Source: an uncultured delta proteobacterium
Lineage (GTDB): Bacteria > Myxococcota_A > Polyangia > Fen-1088
Reading direction: 5' to 3'
Assembly: GCA_963767925.1 (NCBI GenBank)
Contig: CAVYGB010000008.1
Coordinates: 960,001 to 1,024,000, forward strand
DNA: 64,000 bases
Below the pieces are notes generated by a model. It saw only the letters and a program-made list of their open reading frames with translations, made no database searches and had not been told where the DNA came from. Positions 59,682 through 64,000 of the stretch are shown here, piece after piece; within the stretch, counting starts at the first letter, position 1; each line of letters starts with the position of its first letter. The position numbers were made by a program, and so were the translations under genes.

Positions 59682-59885
59682 CGTATAAAACGGACACGCG
59701 GAACAGCAGAAACGAACAGCACGGTCGGGAACCTCGATCTCAGGGCGATTTTATTTCCCCTGGTCACTACTAGGGTGTCCATTGGTCCGCCCCCCGTGCA
59801 GGTCCTCCTTTCAGGTAAGCCGGCCTGCGCGCGTTCTTCCTCCCTCTCCGTTCAGCCGGCCCGCATGCAGAGGAGAAAACACGCG

Positions 59886-61709
59886 ATGATTCGCCGTCCG
59901 TCCACCCGCTTCGGCAAACTCTTCCTGGGCGCCGCGGCGCTCGCGCTCGGCCTGGGATGCTCCGACCTCCCGCCCGCCGCCAGCGAAGCCCCCACCGATG
60001 GCTCCCTCGTCGGCGAGCTCACGGCCTACATGGTCGACTACGAGAACGACAACCGCAGTGAGATCGTCCACAAGCTGCTGCAGGAGTCGGGGACCGAGCG
60101 GACGCTGCTTTTCGACACCCAGCCCGATCTCGCGCCGGGCACCCGCCTCCAGGTCTGGGCCACCGAAGAGGGCGAGGCCCTGCGGGTCACCCGCTTCCGG
60201 ACGCTGCCCGACAACAACCCGACCGAGGTCCAGCAGCAGGCGCTGCTCAACGGCACGCCCAAGCCGACCCGGCGCTGGGCCTTCATCCTGGTGAACTTCG
60301 GAACCGGCGTGAACATCACCGAGCAGGCCATCACGCCCCGGCTCTTCGATCCGATGCTGCCGAGCTCGATCCGCTCGTATTTCCGGGAGGTCTCCTACGG
60401 CCTGCAGGATCTCGACGGCGAGGTGTTCTCGTTCACCACCACCGCCAACGGTGCCTGCGACACCGGGGTGGCGCAGCGGCTGCGCCCCATGATCGAGGGC
60501 CAGTTCAGCCAGTACCTCTGGTACTTCGGGCAGCGGCAGACCGGCTGCGGCTGGGCCGGTCTGGCCCAGCTCGGGTCGGCGACCCGGCCCTCGCGCGATA
60601 GCTGGTACAACGCCAGCAACGGCTGCGTCGTCCTCGTCCAGGAGCCGGGACACAACTTCGGGATGGTCCACTCCTCGGCCATCCGCTGCACGCGCGACGG
60701 CGCCGTCGTGCCCCTCACCCTCCCCGGCGAGGCGGGCGCCGTCTGCACGCACAACGAATACGGCAACCCCTACGACCCGATGGGCCGCGGCTGCTACCAC
60801 ATGAACGGGCCCCAGAAGGCGTATCAGGACTGGCTGTCGGGCTGCAACGTGGTCAAGGTCGGCTCGAGCGGCACCTTCACCCTGTTCCCGATCGAGAAGG
60901 CCTGCAACGGCGTGCAGCTCCTCCAGATCCCGTTGCCCGCCCCGCGCACCATGCGCATCGGGAACATCAGCGCCGTCATCACCAGCTATTACCTCGAGCT
61001 CCGGACGCCGGTGGGCTTCGACTTCAAGCCCCAGGCCGGCGCCAGCTTGACCCCCCGGGTGCTCGTCACCATCGGTGGCGACGTGCGGGGAGCCAACCAG
61101 GCGGGCGGCCGCAACTGGCTGCTCGACATGACGCCCGAGACCGCCATGAACGTCGGCGACTCGGCCCTGCCGGTCGGTCGCCTCTACACCGACCCCGGCG
61201 AGGGCGGTCCGAAGTTCACGGTGGTCTCTGCCGACATGGAGAAGGCCGTCATCCGCGTCGAGCTCGCCGGCGGTGGCGGCTCGGCCGACGAGCCCGGCAC
61301 GGGGACCTGCGACGGCGCCAACCCGATGCCCTTCACCGCGCCGGGACCGGCCACCTGCAACGCCGCCCCGGCCACGCCGGCGGCGCCTGCCACCGACGCC
61401 GGGGCGCCCCCACCGGCCATGCCCGACGCCGCGCCCCCGCCGCCCGCCACGCCCGACGCCGGTCCGCCGGTCGGCGGCATCGACAACCCGGGTGTTCCGG
61501 CTCCGAGCGTCAACCCGCCGCCCCCGCCGTCCCCGTCCCCGCCCATGAGCGCCCCCGGCTCGCCCCCGGCGCCGACGACGCCCGATCCCGAGCCCGTCCA
61601 GGCCGGCTGCAGCTGCAGCACCGGCCCGGGTCCGTCCAGCGGGGGAACCGTCGCCCTCGGTGGCCTGCTGGCCATCGCCCTGCTGGTCCGCCGCCGCCGC
61701 CGTCTCTGA
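59886..61709 (+). CDS. Secreted metallopeptidase (M11/gametolysin-like) with MYXO-CTERM sorting signal
   Basis: AGGAG RBS; LALGLGC signal; CGWAGLA, QEPGHNFGMVH zinc motif, EYGNPYDPMG Met-turn; Pro-rich linker; GCSCS...LLAIALLVRRRRRL. Confidence 0.85.
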   Translation: MIRRPSTRFGKLFLGAAALALGLGCSDLPPAASEAPTDGSLVGELTAYMVDYENDNRSEIVHKLLQESGTERTLLFDTQPDLAPGTRLQVWATEEGEALRVTRFRTLPDNNPTEVQQQALLNGTPKPTRRWAFILVNFGTGVNITEQAITPRLFDPMLPSSIRSYFREVSYGLQDLDGEVFSFTTTANGACDTGVAQRLRPMIEGQFSQYLWYFGQRQTGCGWAGLAQLGSATRPSRDSWYNASNGCVVLVQEPGHNFGMVHSSAIRCTRDGAVVPLTLPGEAGAVCTHNEYGNPYDPMGRGCYHMNGPQKAYQDWLSGCNVVKVGSSGTFTLFPIEKACNGVQLLQIPLPAPRTMRIGNISAVITSYYLELRTPVGFDFKPQAGASLTPRVLVTIGGDVRGANQAGGRNWLLDMTPETAMNVGDSALPVGRLYTDPGEGGPKFTVVSADMEKAVIRVELAGGGGSADEPGTGTCDGANPMPFTAPGPATCNAAPATPAAPATDAGAPPPAMPDAAPPPPATPDAGPPVGGIDNPGVPAPSVNPPPPPSPSPPMSAPGSPPAPTTPDPEPVQAGCSCSTGPGPSSGGTVALGGLLAIALLVRRRRRL

Positions 61710-61723
61710 AACGCGGTCTCCCG

Positions 61724-61763
61724 GGGGAGGGGTAGGGGGCGGGCCGCCTCCCACCCACTCCCC
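61724..61763 (+). terminator. GC-rich hairpin after the peptidase gene
   Basis: GGGGAG-GGGT-AGGGGGCGG pairs with CCGCCTCCC-ACCC-A-CTCCCC; no U-tract. Confidence 0.4.
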
Positions 61764-61795
61764 GGTCCGTCTCGCGGCCCCACGCGCCTTGTCGC

Positions 61796-63835
61796 GTGGG
61801 CTGGATCTGCGCTCAAGTCGGGGGGGGAAACACCGATTTAAGCACGAGCCACGCGGCGGGAGTCACTCGGCGCTCGGCGATCCGGGAGGAGAGCTTGGGG
61901 CGGAGCAGGACATTGGGACGCGGTGCCGCGGCGCTGATCGTTCTCGGCGCCACGGTCGGGTCCATCTTGCTCGTGGGCGACGTCGGCCGGCAGCAGGGCG
62001 CCGGCGAGCTGCAGGTGGCGGTCGAGGCGCGCAGCAAGCAGCTGCGCGAGGTGCTCAACAACCACCTCGCCGCGCTCGAGCTCAAGGCCCAGAGTGCGGC
62101 CAGCAGCCCCCGGCTCGTGGCCGCGCTCTCCGGACGGGTCAGCCACGAGACCCTGCGGGATCTGTTCCAGACCGAGTCCTGGTGGCTGCCGGTCCGGGAG
62201 TCGTTCAGTCACACCTACCTGGTGCCGCCGGGACAGGGGCCGGTCTTCATCAGCGGCAAGCGGGACCTCGGCTTTCCGAGCGGCCCCCTCGTCAGCCGGG
62301 CGCTCGACGGCCGCCGGGCGGTGAGCGCCGTGCTGGCGGCCGACGGCTGGCCGTACGCCGCCGTCGTGGTGCCGGTGCTGCTGCCCAACGCTGCCCAGTC
62401 ACCTCTCTTGCTGCTGGCCGAGCCCATCGAAGCCGGGTTCATGGGCAAGCTGGCCGAGCGGACCGGGGCGGCGGTGGTGTTCAGCGACGGCGCCCGGGCC
62501 CTCCTGGGGGCCGGCCGATCCGTCGAATCGACCCACCTGCGCCAGGCCATCGGGCACGAGGCGGGGGCGGGGCTCCGGCCGGTCGAGGGCGAGCGCGGGG
62601 CGGCGGTGGCGGTCGTCGGCGTGGCGGATCGGTTCTGGCTCCTGGGCTACGTCGACGCCGGCCCGGCGGTGGCCCGGGCGGGGGCGGCCTATGCCGCCAT
62701 CCGGATCGCGGTCGGCGCGGTCGGCGGCGCGACCTTCCTCCTGCTCCTCTGGTGGCTCTGGCGCGGCACGCACCCCGCCGCCATCGTCCCGGTCCTGGCC
62801 GAGTCGGCGACCTTCCCCGCCGAGAGCAGCACCGCCGGACGCTATGTGCTCATCAACCGCCTGGGCGGCGGGGGGATGGCCGAGGTGCACCTCGCCCTCT
62901 CGGTCGGCGAGCGCGGCTTCCGGCGCCCCTGCGTGGTCAAGCGGCTGCGCCCGGAGCTGGTGGCCAATCCGGTGGCGGTGGCCCAGTTCACCGATGAGGC
63001 GACCCTGGCCTCCTCCCTGGTTCACGCCAACATCGTCCCGATCTTCGACTTCACGAAGGTGGGCACTGACTATCTGCTCGTCGAGGAGTACATCGTGGGC
63101 CGGGATCTCGGCCGGGTGGTGCGGCGGGCGGTCACCCAGGGCATCCAGCTCTCGATGGGCATCGTCGCCCACATCGGGGTGGAGGCCTGCAAGGCGCTCG
63201 ACTACGCCCACGCCAAGCGCGACCACGACGGACTGCCCCTGGGGATCGTTCATCGGGACGTCTCGCCCGAGAACATCATGGTCACCATCCGGGGAGAGGT
63301 GCAGCTCCTCGACTTCGGGGTCATGAAGGTGAGCCATGGTCGGGGTGGCCGCACCGAGATCGGCGAGCTCAAGGGGAACCTCACCTTCATGGCCCCCGAG
63401 CAGGCGCGCGGTCAGGACGTCGACGCCCGGGCCGATCTCTTCTCGCTCGCCTCGGTCCTCTGCTTCTGCCTGCTCGGCGAGGCGCTGTACGGCAACGAGA
63501 CCGGCTACGACCTGCTGGTCAAGGCCGCCTCGGGCCCGGGCCCCGAGGAGCTGCGCAAGATCGCCGCCCTGCCGGCCCCCCTGAACCAGGTGCTGGGCCG
63601 GGCCCTCTCGCCCAGGCGCGAGGACCGCTACCCCCATGCCCTCTCCTTCGCCGAGGCCCTGCTCCCCCTGGCCGCGCCGGCCGAGGGCAACATCGGCGCC
63701 CTCGTCGTCGAGCTGTTCGGGGAAGAGCTCAATCAGGAGCAGCAGCAGCTCTCCGCCACCTCGACCTCGCTCAAGGCGATCGGGCGCCCCCCCCAGGCCC
63801 CTCTATCCCCGGTCCAGGGAGACATCCGGCGATGA
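61796..63835 (+). CDS. Receptor-type Ser/Thr kinase, paralog of 37165-39147
   Basis: TM-periplasmic domain-TM-kinase; GGGGMA, VVKR, HRDVSPEN, DFG, FMAPE; start uncertain (possibly near 61894). Confidence 0.9.
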   Translation: MGWICAQVGGGNTDLSTSHAAGVTRRSAIREESLGRSRTLGRGAAALIVLGATVGSILLVGDVGRQQGAGELQVAVEARSKQLREVLNNHLAALELKAQSAASSPRLVAALSGRVSHETLRDLFQTESWWLPVRESFSHTYLVPPGQGPVFISGKRDLGFPSGPLVSRALDGRRAVSAVLAADGWPYAAVVVPVLLPNAAQSPLLLLAEPIEAGFMGKLAERTGAAVVFSDGARALLGAGRSVESTHLRQAIGHEAGAGLRPVEGERGAAVAVVGVADRFWLLGYVDAGPAVARAGAAYAAIRIAVGAVGGATFLLLLWWLWRGTHPAAIVPVLAESATFPAESSTAGRYVLINRLGGGGMAEVHLALSVGERGFRRPCVVKRLRPELVANPVAVAQFTDEATLASSLVHANIVPIFDFTKVGTDYLLVEEYIVGRDLGRVVRRAVTQGIQLSMGIVAHIGVEACKALDYAHAKRDHDGLPLGIVHRDVSPENIMVTIRGEVQLLDFGVMKVSHGRGGRTEIGELKGNLTFMAPEQARGQDVDARADLFSLASVLCFCLLGEALYGNETGYDLLVKAASGPGPEELRKIAALPAPLNQVLGRALSPRREDRYPHALSFAEALLPLAAPAEGNIGALVVELFGEELNQEQQQLSATSTSLKAIGRPPQAPLSPVQGDIRR

Positions 63836-64000
63836 GCGATCCGACCCCCACCTTGCCGCCCTCCGACCCGCTCTCGTTCGAAGCGGGGCCGCAGCCTTAC
63901 GGGCCTTACCTCCTGCTGGAGAAGATCGGCGCGGGGGGCATGGCCGAGGTGTTCCGCGCCGTTCGCAACGGTCCCCAGGGGTTCGTGCGCCAGTTCGCCA
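63832..64000 (+). CDS. Ser/Thr protein kinase, 5' part only
   Basis: ATGA overlap; MSDPTP...YGPYLLLEKIGAGGMAEVFRAVRNGPQGFVRQFA. Confidence 0.85.
   Translation, partial: MSDPTPTLPPSDPLSFEAGPQPYGPYLLLEKIGAGGMAEVFRAVRNGPQGFVRQFA

Noticed and set aside
59640..59770. AT-rich patch as a sign of horizontal transfer or an insertion scar
   Set aside because: Short, intergenic and explained by divergent promoter elements; no integrase, terminal repeats or target duplication
61360..61600. Short repeats (PDAGPP/PDAAPP-like, also at 13640-13800)
   Set aside because: Low-complexity Pro/Asp/Ala protein linkers typical of myxobacterial surface proteins; not CRISPR or DNA repeat arrays
61723..61743. G-quadruplex motif GGGGGAGGGGTAGGGGGCGGG
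   Set aside because: The G-runs pair with the adjacent C-rich strand as a hairpin, and such motifs are expected by chance at this GC content

Overview
A very GC-rich chromosomal window that is almost certainly from a myxobacterium (Myxococcota). The evidence is a MYXO-CTERM protein, five Hanks-type Ser/Thr kinase genes with HRDVSP/HRDVTP variants, and an ftsB + TM-GAF-GAF-GGDEF (DmxA-like) pair. About 57 genes are supported. Housekeeping genes: yjgR-like, aroE, xseA, cysS, rsuA-like, trmL, hemJ, ygiQ. Clusters: a complete ISC Fe-S operon (iscSUA-hscBA-fdx) headed by a 4-Cys MerR regulator instead of IscR; a tyrosine catabolism operon (FAH-hppD-hmgA); and a cobamide uptake/salvage cluster (btuB frameshifted in a G6 run, beta-propeller lipoprotein, btuCDF, cbiB, cobU, cobS). 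Several c-di-GMP/phosphorylation signalling genes are also present. No rRNA, tRNA, CRISPR array or mobile element was seen. The best candidates for undescribed systems are: (1) a sigma54-type two-gene unit encoding a secreted double-glycine precursor with a hydrophobic tail, coupled to an exported C39 peptidase (39736-40903); (2) a lipoprotein/porin/cupredoxin/receptor Ser-Thr kinase operon (33431-39147), with a paralogous kinase at 61796; (3) the Cys-rich MerR regulator plus operator at the head of the isc operon. All family assignments come from motif recognition by eye; no database search was run.
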